Part shown: positions 9,870 to 17,201 of the stretch, in pieces
Layout: the number at the start of each line of letters is the position of its first letter
Position numbering within the stretch: position 1 is the first letter of the stretch
Assembly: GCA_029288835.1 (NCBI GenBank)
Contig: JARIGN010000013.1
Location: forward strand, 1 to 59,707
DNA length: 59,707 nt
Direction: 5' to 3'
Source of the DNA: Candidatus Kaiserbacteria bacterium
GTDB lineage: Bacteria; Patescibacteriota; Minisyncoccia; Phycocordibacterales; Phycocordibacteraceae
The notes under the pieces: generated by a model
The model's input: only the letters and a program-made list of their open reading frames with translations
Told to the model about the DNA's origin: nothing
Database searches by the model: none
Program-made: the position numbers and the translations under genes

Positions 9870-10973
9870 CTAGAGCTCCAAGCTCGGCTTATCGAGTGCC
9901 TCCATTTCTATACCGATACGTGACTCTGCAATGCGGTACACATCCTTATCAATCTTTCCGAGCTCCTTGTAGCCGCTGTTGTAGTGAGAGACCGCAACGC
10001 CGAGCGCACCACCAAGCTTCTTATAATATTCCTCATAGGTGCTGATGTGCTTCCCAAGCTCCCCCACACGCTTTTGGATCTCGACGGCTTTCTGCTCAAT
10101 CTCGAGGGCCTTGAGCCCCTGCAGCACGGTTTGAAGGTATGCCAAGAATGAAGTCGGCGAAACAATTATCACTTTATATTTTGAAGCCGCTCGATGAATG
10201 AGGTTTTCCTCTTCATCAGCCCCCACACTATTTACGAGCAGGTCATAATAAATACCTTCCGAAGGAATAAACATAAAAGCAAAATCCATGGTTCCCTCTT
10301 CAGGGCGAATGTATTTTGCCGTCTCGGAAATGCGCATTTTGAGGTCTGCAACAAATGCCTTTTCATGCTGCGCTCGCTCAACGGCATCATGAGTACCGAC
10401 AAAGCGGTTGTAGTTATCAAGGGAAAACTTTGAGTCGATCGGCACGATCTTATCATTCACATACACCGCTGCGTCTACAATTTCGCCATTTAAGAAAGGG
10501 TGCTGCATCTTGTACATGCCCGGCGGGAGAACATTTTTAAGCACCGTCTCGAGATAATATTCACCGAGAATACCGCGCTGCTTAGGGTTGCGAAGCACGT
10601 CCTGCAGGCTTTGGAGCTGCTCGGCAAAGCCCTGGGTCTGGCGGCCTATCTCCTTCACTGAAGTGATCTCCTGCGTGATCTCGCGGATGAGTCGTGCTGA
10701 CTCTCCGAGCTGGTTCTTAACCGTCTCATTTACATTTCTCGATGACTCAGACATACGGGCGTCGAGCGAACGCTCGAGCTGCTCCATTTGCTTTTGCAGA
10801 AGTATGAGACCTTGCTGCATTTGCGCGCTTGCCTGCTCTTCTTGCTGGAGAGCGAGTTCATCACGCAGCTCAGTCTCCTTGCTTCGAGGGTTTCTTTTCA
10901 GTATTACATAAAGCATCACGCCCTGCCCAAAAAACATAAGAATAATGATTGCTGCGATGATTCCAAGGGTCAT
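9870..10973 (-). CDS. rmuC: DNA recombination protein RmuC
   Basis: N-terminal TM + long coiled coil + DFAFMFIPSEGIYYD nuclease-like core typical of RmuC; start set to ATG 10971-10973 to avoid overlap with the divergent gene. Confidence 0.9.
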   Translation of the reverse strand: MTLGIIAAIIILMFFGQGVMLYVILKRNPRSKETELRDELALQQEEQASAQMQQGLILLQKQMEQLERSLDARMSESSRNVNETVKNQLGESARLIREITQEITSVKEIGRQTQGFAEQLQSLQDVLRNPKQRGILGEYYLETVLKNVLPPGMYKMQHPFLNGEIVDAAVYVNDKIVPIDSKFSLDNYNRFVGTHDAVERAQHEKAFVADLKMRISETAKYIRPEEGTMDFAFMFIPSEGIYYDLLVNSVGADEEENLIHRAASKYKVIIVSPTSFLAYLQTVLQGLKALEIEQKAVEIQKRVGELGKHISTYEEYYKKLGGALGVAVSHYNSGYKELGKIDKDVYRIAESRIGIEMEALDKPSLEL

Positions 10974-11032
10974 AGCATCAGTATAGCAAAAGCCCGTAGC
11001 ACTGTCTGTTTTTGGTGGTAAAATGCGAATAT

Positions 11033-11488
11033 ATGGCACTACACGAATCAATCAAAGCAGGTATTCCCGAAGCAATGAAGGCACACGACGAGGCACGGCT
11101 GCGCACCCTTCGTTCCCTCACCACCGCAATGACCAATGAAGCAGTCGCAAAGAAACGGAAGCCAAATGAGTTTCTCACTGATGAAGAAGCACTTGTGGTC
11201 TTAAAACGCGCTGCAAACCAGCGCAAAGATTCCATTACCCAGTTTGAGCAGGCGGGCCGTAACGAGCTCGCAAAGCCTGAATACGAGGAACTGAATATTA
11301 TTGAGTCATACCTCCCTGCACAGATGTCGCGCGAAGAGATTGAAAAGGCTGCAAAAGAAAAAGCTGCGGAAATAGGCGCGAGCGGCAAAGGCGACGCTGG
11401 CAAGCTCACAGGCTTTCTTATGAAGGAGTTTAAGGGTAACGCGGACGGGGCCGTAGTGAAGGAAGTCGTGGATTCACTTCTCTCTTAA
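11033..11488 (+). CDS. GatB/YqeY domain-containing protein
   Basis: MALHESIKAGIPEAMKAHDEARLRTLRSL...ELNIIESYLP characteristic YqeY sequence. Confidence 0.88.
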   Translation: MALHESIKAGIPEAMKAHDEARLRTLRSLTTAMTNEAVAKKRKPNEFLTDEEALVVLKRAANQRKDSITQFEQAGRNELAKPEYEELNIIESYLPAQMSREEIEKAAKEKAAEIGASGKGDAGKLTGFLMKEFKGNADGAVVKEVVDSLLS

Positions 11489-11534
11489 GAGAGTTTACTT
11501 TAAACACACATTTATTATTTTATTCTACACACCT

Positions 11535-12140
11535 ATGACTGAGCCTGAAGTATTCGTGCTGGCCGATGAGGCAATGGTAACGGTGGTGAACCAGATCAAG
11601 GATGACCAGTGGCAGATGGAAATGGGGCCGGAGTTTGCGGTGCGACACGACCACTCCCGCGCTTGGACCCTTCGCGACGTGATTAATTATCATGCCTATG
11701 ACGATGCGTGGGTGCCCGACATGCTTGCGGGAAAGACTATGGAAGAGGCGGGCAAAGACAAGTACGACGGTGACCTTCTTAAAGATGACCCGAAGGGAAA
11801 CTTTTCAGCGATTGCGCAAAGCGCAATCGCTGCCGCTCGTGCGGTGACCAACCTCGACCAAATAGTCCACTGCTCATTCGGTGACTATAAGGTGCGTGAA
11901 TATTTCTGGCAGATCAACATGTTCCGCGCCATTCGCGCGCATGAGCTCGCAACCGTTCTCGGCATTCCTTCTCCCCTTTCTGCAGAACTAGCCCAGGGTC
12001 TCTATGACGAGATGCTTCCAATTGCTGAAGAGTGGCGAAAGATCGGTGTCTTTAAGCCTGAGGTGCAGGTGCCGCCCGATGCAAGTATTCAAAATAAGTT
12101 CCTAGCGCTCACTGGCCGTCAGTCAAATTTTCCTAATTAG
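11535..12140 (+). CDS. DinB-like / TIGR03086-like hypothetical protein
   Basis: 201-aa ORF; W..RDVINYH..DDAWVPDML pattern resembles the DinB_2/maleylpyruvate-isomerase N-terminal fold; weak call. Confidence 0.4.
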   Translation: MTEPEVFVLADEAMVTVVNQIKDDQWQMEMGPEFAVRHDHSRAWTLRDVINYHAYDDAWVPDMLAGKTMEEAGKDKYDGDLLKDDPKGNFSAIAQSAIAAARAVTNLDQIVHCSFGDYKVREYFWQINMFRAIRAHELATVLGIPSPLSAELAQGLYDEMLPIAEEWRKIGVFKPEVQVPPDASIQNKFLALTGRQSNFPN

Positions 12141-12149
12141 AGATTAGTG

Positions 12150-12186
12150 CATAAAAAGAAACCCGCTCGCGTAAACGCGGCGGGTG
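12150..12186. terminator. bidirectional intrinsic terminator
   Basis: ACCCGC-T-CGCG-TAAA-CGCG-GCGGGT hairpin with A-run upstream (T-run on minus strand). Confidence 0.6.
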
Positions 12187-12202
12187 AAAAGACTCAATAA
12201 CA

Positions 12203-12586
12203 TTAGAAGTCGTTTGCAGCTCTTTCAAGAACCACACCTTCTTCGCAAAAGATTTCTTCAAGCGGATATTTTTTTCTTTGTGAAAAGTGTGCGTGCTTCG
12301 GGAAAAGAAAGTATCCTGGGAAGAACGTACGTCGTGGAAGCCGCGTCTCAGGCTTATGCTGCCAGAAAAACCTTGCATTTTGCGGCCCAGGATCTAAACC
12401 GAGCAGATTTTCCGTGACAGGTGGCATATTAAGGATGCACACGGTCTCACCATGTCCAATTTGTACTCGTTGCTCCTGACGATCAAAGTCAACGAGCCAG
12501 AGATCACCTTCTACGTATTTCGTAACGACCAGCCTTCCCCGAGCAATATGACGGGGATACACAGACGATGGATTAAAGAAAATCAT
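12203..12586 (-). CDS. hypothetical protein, 127 aa
   Basis: ORF followed by terminator at 12150-12186; no motif recognised. Confidence 0.5.
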   Translation of the reverse strand: MIFFNPSSVYPRHIARGRLVVTKYVEGDLWLVDFDRQEQRVQIGHGETVCILNMPPVTENLLGLDPGPQNARFFWQHKPETRLPRRTFFPGYFLFPKHAHFSQRKKYPLEEIFCEEGVVLERAANDF

Positions 12587-12805
12587 CTTTCTCCCCTCTT
12601 TGCTTGCGCGGCTACCTCAGCCAAACCCAGAACATAGTACCACACTGTTGAGTAAAAGGAAGAAATTCCGCCTTGATTTTCTTACATAATTCACGCCCTG
12701 TTAATATGCTCCGCTGTATGATGCGTCTAATGCTCGCACGACGCCATTAGTAGTAAACATTACTAATTAATTTGAATCACTTTATAAAGTAACGCACTGT
12801 ATCGT

Positions 12806-14272
12806 ATGAATAAACTTATCACCGCAGCAGGTTCGCTGTTGGTCGCTGGAGCATTTCTTGCAGCTACCGCAAGTGCCCAGACCGTCAGTGAACCACAATT
12901 TTCAGGAATAACAGTAACGCCAACCAATACGGGTGGAAGCGCTATGTGGAATACCGATGAGCCAACAAACGCCCAAGTGCTCTATGGCACGAGCATGGGA
13001 AACTATACCGGCTCTACCACGCTTGATACCACCACGAGCACCAGTCACACCGAAGCTTTGACAGGTCTTAACCCTGGTACAACCTATTATTACGTCGTAA
13101 CAGGTACGGATTCTTCGAGCAACATGAACCGCTCCGCCGAAGGCACCTTCATGACTACCGCAAGCACCTCAACCAATGGTGAACCGATGCTTTCAGGGGT
13201 TGGCCTCACGGCATCTGACACAGAGGCAACCATTACCTGGACGAGCGATGAACCGTCATCCTCAAATGTAGCCTATGGCACCACTACCCCGCTCACAATG
13301 TATTCCGGATGGAACATGAGCCAGGTGACAAATCACTCGGTCATGCTTACCAACCTATTGCCAAGCACAACCTATTACTTCCAGGTGCTCTCCAATGACG
13401 CATCCAATAACCTGAATGCTTCGGGACTCTATAGCTTCACCACAACGCAGAGCATGAATACTGGAAGCACGACGGGGACCACCACGGGATCAACAACCGG
13501 CTCAACAGCAACGTCAACCGCTAGCACCACTGAGCCTATGTTCTCTATGATCATGGCAAACCCAACTGACACTGGAGCAACTATCACCTGGAACACTGAT
13601 GTGAATGCCAATGCGCAGGTCTGGTATGGTACGAGCTCGGGCATGTATACCGGCTCTACCACGCTTGATACGGGCTCGATGATGAACCATTCAGAAATGC
13701 TCACAGGCCTCATGCCTAATACCACCTACTACTATGTAGTTAAGGGTACTGACGGCTCAGGCAACATGAACATGTCAGCTGAAGGTACCTTCATGACGCT
13801 TTCTAGCTCGACAAATACGGGCACTGGTTCTACTTCTACCACCGGAACAGGAACGACCACCACTGGCACAGTGACCCTTGATCAGTTACAGAGCGAACTC
13901 ACTGCACTTGAAGCAGAGCTCGCTGCCCTCTTCTCGCACTTTGGCCTTAGCTGGAATGGCACAACTATCGGAGGAGGAAGTGGTTCGGGTAATACCGGTG
14001 GTGCAGGTACAAGTGGAGCGGCAATGATTGAGCAAAATGGTGAGTCTGTGCGCGCGGGCACTTCACTTGATTTCTCAGGACGCAACTTCAACCATGAAGA
14101 GCAGGTCACCGTATTGATGAATGGAACGACCGTAGCGACTGCTCATGCAGATGGTGGCGGTAACTTCTCAACCGGCTCGTTCTCTGCTCCTACTACACCC
14201 GGCACCTACACCTATACTTTCTCCGGACAGAACGGAGATAGCGCAAGTGCGAGTGTGACGGTGACTCCGTAG
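12806..14272 (+). CDS. secreted protein with three FN3-like repeats, Thr/Gly/Ser linkers, coiled coil and C-terminal Ig-like domain
   Basis: Signal peptide MNKLITAAGSLLVAGAFLAATASA|QT; three copies of W.(T/S)DEP..(A/S)(Q/N)V.YGT...Y......(H)S..LT.L.P.TTYY..V. Confidence 0.8.
   Translation: MNKLITAAGSLLVAGAFLAATASAQTVSEPQFSGITVTPTNTGGSAMWNTDEPTNAQVLYGTSMGNYTGSTTLDTTTSTSHTEALTGLNPGTTYYYVVTGTDSSSNMNRSAEGTFMTTASTSTNGEPMLSGVGLTASDTEATITWTSDEPSSSNVAYGTTTPLTMYSGWNMSQVTNHSVMLTNLLPSTTYYFQVLSNDASNNLNASGLYSFTTTQSMNTGSTTGTTTGSTTGSTATSTASTTEPMFSMIMANPTDTGATITWNTDVNANAQVWYGTSSGMYTGSTTLDTGSMMNHSEMLTGLMPNTTYYYVVKGTDGSGNMNMSAEGTFMTLSSSTNTGTGSTSTTGTGTTTTGTVTLDQLQSELTALEAELAALFSHFGLSWNGTTIGGGSGSGNTGGAGTSGAAMIEQNGESVRAGTSLDFSGRNFNHEEQVTVLMNGTTVATAHADGGGNFSTGSFSAPTTPGTYTYTFSGQNGDSASASVTVTP
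12890..13798 (+). repeat. three tandem intragenic domain repeats (12890-13156, 13181-13444, 13532-13798)
   Basis: Repeats 1 and 3 are the closest pair (e.g. shared ATACCGGCTCTACCACGCTTGATA at DNA level; YTGSTTLDT / TTYYYVV / SAEGTFMT at protein level). Confidence 0.8.
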
Positions 14273-14322
14273 TAAATGGGAAAAGGGATAAAAGTTACAC
14301 TAAATAAGACTACATAACTGTA

Positions 14323-14359
14323 AAAGAAATCGCCGGCTTGACCGGCGATTTCTTTTATC
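14323..14359 (+). terminator. intrinsic terminator after the FN3-repeat gene
   Basis: AAAGAAATCGCCGG-CTTGA-CCGGCGATTTCTTT hairpin + T-run. Confidence 0.75.
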
Positions 14360-14363
14360 ATGC

Positions 14364-14408
14364 GTTGGTGACTCCACGGAATCGCTCCTTACAGGAGCAG
14401 TACACCTT
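14364..14408. repeat. direct repeat X (left), tRNA-Glu 3'-end-like
   Basis: GTTGGTGACTCCACGGAATCGCTCCTTACAGGAGCAGTACACCTT; first 15 nt (TTGGTGACTCCACGG) identical to the complement of the tRNA-Glu 3' end at 15589-15603. Confidence 0.85.
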
Positions 14409-14455
14409 TCGGCGGTATGCATTGGTGAGCCCATTGTTTCTGGAATCGAACACAT
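14407..14455 (-). pseudogene. degenerate tRNA 3'-half fragment (repeat Y, left copy)
   Basis: TTTCGGCGGTATGCATTGGTGAG matches 15574-15596 at 21/23; continues as the complement of GTGTTCGATTCCAGAAACAATGGGCTCACCA (T-loop-like GTTCGATTC ... CACCA) but no pairable T stem or 5' half. Confidence 0.5.
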
Positions 14456-14608
14456 GGCAAACATTATTTTAAAATGGAACAGAGTTTTTGAAGGATTTTT
14501 AAAGCAGAAATTAGTGTTGAAAATCCTTAATTTTTGGCTGATTTATCACTATAACTTTTACCCGAATAGATATAGAACTCACGTATTCACGCTATGTCTA
14601 GGCGAGCA

Positions 14609-14645
14609 ACAAAAAAGCCCCCTTATTTATACTCGCGGGGCTTGT
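14609..14645 (-). terminator. intrinsic terminator after the GC-rich ORF
   Basis: Minus strand AAGCCCC-(14 nt)-GGGGCTT followed by TTTTTTG. Confidence 0.5.
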
Positions 14646-14657
14646 ACGAGTTTGAAA

Positions 14658-15236
14658 TCAGTTGGCCGACCGGGGCTCCTCGCTGTCTTCGCCCACCATG
14701 CGCGGGTCGACGGTTTCGAGGATCGGGTCGAAGTGGGTGCCGGCTTCTTCGTGCGCGGCTTCAATTTCCTCGTCGGAGAAGATCGGTTCGCCGAGATCCA
14801 CGAAGGATGGCCGGGAACGACGGTCGTCGAAGCCGAAATCGTCGTCCATGTCCATGTCGCGGTAGAGGTGTCGAGTGTCGTCGTTCCCCACCACGACCTG
14901 ATCGCGCTTGTCGCCGAAGCAGTCCTTGAGTGCCTCGATTACGTCGTCGGCGATGCCGTCCCTGTCGAGGTCGAAGGCCTTGCCGACGATCACCTGCACC
15001 GAGTATTGCTGGAGCGAAATGCTCTCGCAGCCCAGGATGCCGCTGATCTTGCGGACGAGCGCCGCGCCGACCTCGCCGACCTTCTCGATGTACTTCTCAG
15101 AGCTCTCGCGGAGAGGAAGGTGGAAGGTCTCGATGTAGTCAGTCGAGATGGGCGTGTTCACGTTCAGGTTCAGGCAGTGCGGGTTCGGAACGATGTCCCG
15201 GATGATCCGCGGGGTCAGTTGTTTCGTCATCATCAT
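14658..15236 (-). CDS. acidic hypothetical protein, 192 aa, compositionally foreign (GC-rich)
   Basis: Strong GC third-position bias in this frame only (ATC/GAC/CTC/GGC codons); C-terminal half very acidic (DMDMDDDFGFDD, SDEEIEAAHEE); flanks are AT-rich. Confidence 0.65.
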   Translation of the reverse strand: MMMTKQLTPRIIRDIVPNPHCLNLNVNTPISTDYIETFHLPLRESSEKYIEKVGEVGAALVRKISGILGCESISLQQYSVQVIVGKAFDLDRDGIADDVIEALKDCFGDKRDQVVVGNDDTRHLYRDMDMDDDFGFDDRRSRPSFVDLGEPIFSDEEIEAAHEEAGTHFDPILETVDPRMVGEDSEEPRSAN

Positions 15237-15290
15237 CTTCCCATTGGAGCTTCAGGAATGGCCAAGATGTGTAAGATCAAAGCCAGTATT

Positions 15291-15319
15291 ATTATGTACC
15301 ATATAAATTATAATGTCAA
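15291..15319 (-). promoter_or_regulatory. sigma70-type promoter for the GC-rich ORF
   Basis: Minus strand TTGACA-N17-CATAAT (complement of 15314-15319 and 15291-15296) about 55 nt upstream of the ATG cluster. Confidence 0.55.
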
Positions 15320-15420
15320 GTATTATCTACCTATATAGCTAGTGCAATTTATACATGAATGATTGCCAGGAAAAATTAGAGGGGGCAAACATTTCATTAG
15401 TTTAAGGGAAATAAATCCCA

Positions 15421-15465
15421 GTTTGTGACTCCACGGAATCGCTCCTTACAGGAGCAGTACACCTT
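15421..15465. repeat. direct repeat X' (right)
   Basis: GTTTGTGACTCCACGGAATCGCTCCTTACAGGAGCAGTACACCTT, 44/45 identical to 14364-14408. Confidence 0.85.
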
Positions 15466-15514
15466 GCGGATGATTTCTTCGCATAGGAATGCTCGAACTC
15501 ATGCTCGCAAGGTC

Positions 15515-15559
15515 TTCGATTCCCCGCCGCAAGCGTCCCACGCTTGCTTGGAGTCACCA
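15515..15559 (+). pseudogene. inverted, interrupted tRNA-Glu 3' fragment
   Basis: TTCGATTCCCCG (T-loop + T-stem) ... 22-nt hairpin insert ... TGGAGTCACCA (acceptor + CCA) in the orientation opposite to the real tRNA-Glu; with 15578-15600 it forms a long inverted repeat (GGAGTCACCAATGCAAA / TTTGCATTGGTGACTCC). Confidence 0.6.
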
Positions 15560-15561
15560 AT

Positions 15562-15589
15562 GCAAAAGCCGCCTTTCGGCGGTTTGCAT
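15562..15589 (-). terminator. intrinsic terminator after tRNA-Glu
   Basis: Minus strand CCGCC-GAAA-GGCGG followed by CTTTTG directly after the CCA end. Confidence 0.6.
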
Positions 15590-15664
15590 TGGTGACTCCA
15601 CGGGGAATCGAACCCCGATTTGATCCGTGAGAGGGATCTGTCCTAACCGTTAGACGATGGAGCC
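15590..15664 (-). tRNA. tRNA-Glu (anticodon CUC), CCA encoded
   Basis: Reverse complement GGCTCCA-TC-GTCT-AACGGTTA-GGAC-A-GATCC-CTCTCAC-GGATC-AAAT-CGGGG-TTCGATT-CCCCG-TGGAGTC-A-CCA folds as a 75-nt cloverleaf. Confidence 0.92.
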
Positions 15665-15774
15665 TTATTTATTTGTTTTCCACGACTCTCTGGAAGTGGC
15701 AACGCCGTTCCGATGAGCCGTCTTTCTTGTTACATATTTATACCAGAAAAAAGAGAAAAAAGAAGCCTCTTTTC

Positions 15775-17169
15775 CTAGCGCTTTTGCCACTCTTCGTCCT
15801 GGCGTACCAGCCCGGAAATATCTTCATAGTGCGCGAGGAGAGGCCGCACAATGCGCTCCATGCGCACGCCCTGCGATCCTTTTACAAGCACCACATCCCC
15901 TTCCTCAAGAATCTGCTCAAGATGGGCGGCTGCCTTAAGAGCTGCGTCTCCAGGTTTTTCACCTTCTTCAACACCGAAATGCCACACCTTTTCTACAGGC
16001 ATGCCATCGGCTAGCGCGGCGTCGCTAATGCCTTTCGCACGGTTGCCAAGGGTGATGAGAACGTCTGCCACACCTTTAACCATATGCCCCACTCGAGCAT
16101 GCTCTGCCTCGGAATATACGCCGAGCTCCAGCATGTCACCCAGCACCACCACTTTTCTTTTTGCATACTCCTGAGGTATGAGAGATAGCGAAGCAAGAAT
16201 TTCTTCCACCGCTGCAGGCGAAGAATTGTAGGTGTCATCAATTAAAAGCGTTCCCTTCTTCCCTTCAAATACCCGGCCGCGGCCAGGAGGAGTTGTGTAT
16301 TCTTCAAGGCCTTCGAGTGCTTCCGAAGCAATCATGCCAAACGCAAGACCTGTAGCAATGGCTGCGGCCGGTGCAAAAAGCTGGGACCGGCCAAGGGCAC
16401 CAGGAACGGTAAGTGGGTATGGCCTCCCTTCCACCACAAGCTTTGCCTGCATGCCGAGTATTTGCTTTTCTTGTTGATTCCTTTGTTCATTTCCCTGCAC
16501 ATTTCCATTTACCATTCCCTCCATATCAGCAAGCCATACGGAAATATCCTCAATACGCGCAGTCGCATCTTCTGCCGTGCCATAGGTGGTAACTGTTGCC
16601 CACTCACCCTTTTCTTCCTTCGTCTTTTCTGCAAGGTCGCTCGCAAAAGAATCGTCAGCACTAATAATAAGCGGAGCGCCAGCCTGAAGCGCACGTGCCG
16701 GGGAAAATTCCTCCTCGCGCACCTGCTCCGGCCCAGTATAAAACTCCACGTGCACGGGCACGCTTGGCAGCAGTGTCACCACTACTGCATCAGGCTTTAC
16801 AATGCGCAGTATCTTTTGTAAATCTCCTGGCTGGTCGGCACCCACCTCGAGCACAAGCATCTGAGGATAGTCGTTTGGCAAAAAAAGAAGCACGAGAGCT
16901 TTTCCAAAAAGCGAAAGCCACGCAAGGGGGTTCGACCATGGGTTCTTCGAACCAATGATGGTGAGCGGTACGCCAATTTCGCTATTAAAACTTTTCTCGC
17001 TTTTTCGCAAATAAAACTTCTCTGCTAGAACGGCAGCTACTGCGTCTTTTGTGGAGGTCTTCCCCACACTACCCGTCACCATTACCACCTTTGGCGTATA
17101 TTTACGCACAATACTCCTCGAGAGTGAGGCGAGGAGTGCGGTGAGCATTGATTTCAGAAGTTTTCGCAT
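15775..17169 (-). CDS. murF: UDP-N-acetylmuramoyl-tripeptide--D-alanyl-D-alanine ligase
   Basis: VTGSVGKTSTKD P-loop, DDTYNSSPAAV, Mur ligase layout. Confidence 0.92.
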   Translation of the reverse strand: MRKLLKSMLTALLASLSRSIVRKYTPKVVMVTGSVGKTSTKDAVAAVLAEKFYLRKSEKSFNSEIGVPLTIIGSKNPWSNPLAWLSLFGKALVLLFLPNDYPQMLVLEVGADQPGDLQKILRIVKPDAVVVTLLPSVPVHVEFYTGPEQVREEEFSPARALQAGAPLIISADDSFASDLAEKTKEEKGEWATVTTYGTAEDATARIEDISVWLADMEGMVNGNVQGNEQRNQQEKQILGMQAKLVVEGRPYPLTVPGALGRSQLFAPAAAIATGLAFGMIASEALEGLEEYTTPPGRGRVFEGKKGTLLIDDTYNSSPAAVEEILASLSLIPQEYAKRKVVVLGDMLELGVYSEAEHARVGHMVKGVADVLITLGNRAKGISDAALADGMPVEKVWHFGVEEGEKPGDAALKAAAHLEQILEEGDVVLVKGSQGVRMERIVRPLLAHYEDISGLVRQDEEWQKR

Positions 17170-17201
17170 AGGTGTGATGCACGGTGGCCGGGCTTTGCAC
17201 T

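Larger units (their letters stand above)
14364..15589. mobile_element. putative insertion cassette / integration scar next to tRNA-Glu
   Basis: Bounded by 45-nt direct repeats (44/45) and a second 23-nt repeat pair (21/23), both related to the tRNA-Glu 3' end; GC-rich ORF inside AT-rich control regions; no recombinase. Confidence 0.45.

Noticed and set aside
12890-13798. Diversity-generating retroelement (TR/VR) explanation for the similar repeats 1 and 3
   Set aside because: No reverse transcriptase ORF is present in the window. Differences between the repeats are spread over all base types rather than adenine-specific. Both copies are coding domains of one gene.
13440-13880. Short tandem ACC/GGN/ACG codon repeats, checked as a possible CRISPR or microsatellite
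   Set aside because: They are in-frame Thr/Gly/Ser linker codons inside the FN3-repeat gene. There is no repeat-spacer periodicity, and no CRISPR array exists anywhere in the window.
14454-15338. 294-aa + strand ORF covering the GC-rich cassette
   Set aside because: It is the antisense read-through typical of GC-rich genes (V/A/D/E/R/H-rich, with an AT-rich junk N-terminus). GC3 bias, promoter and terminator all support the minus-strand 192-aa frame.
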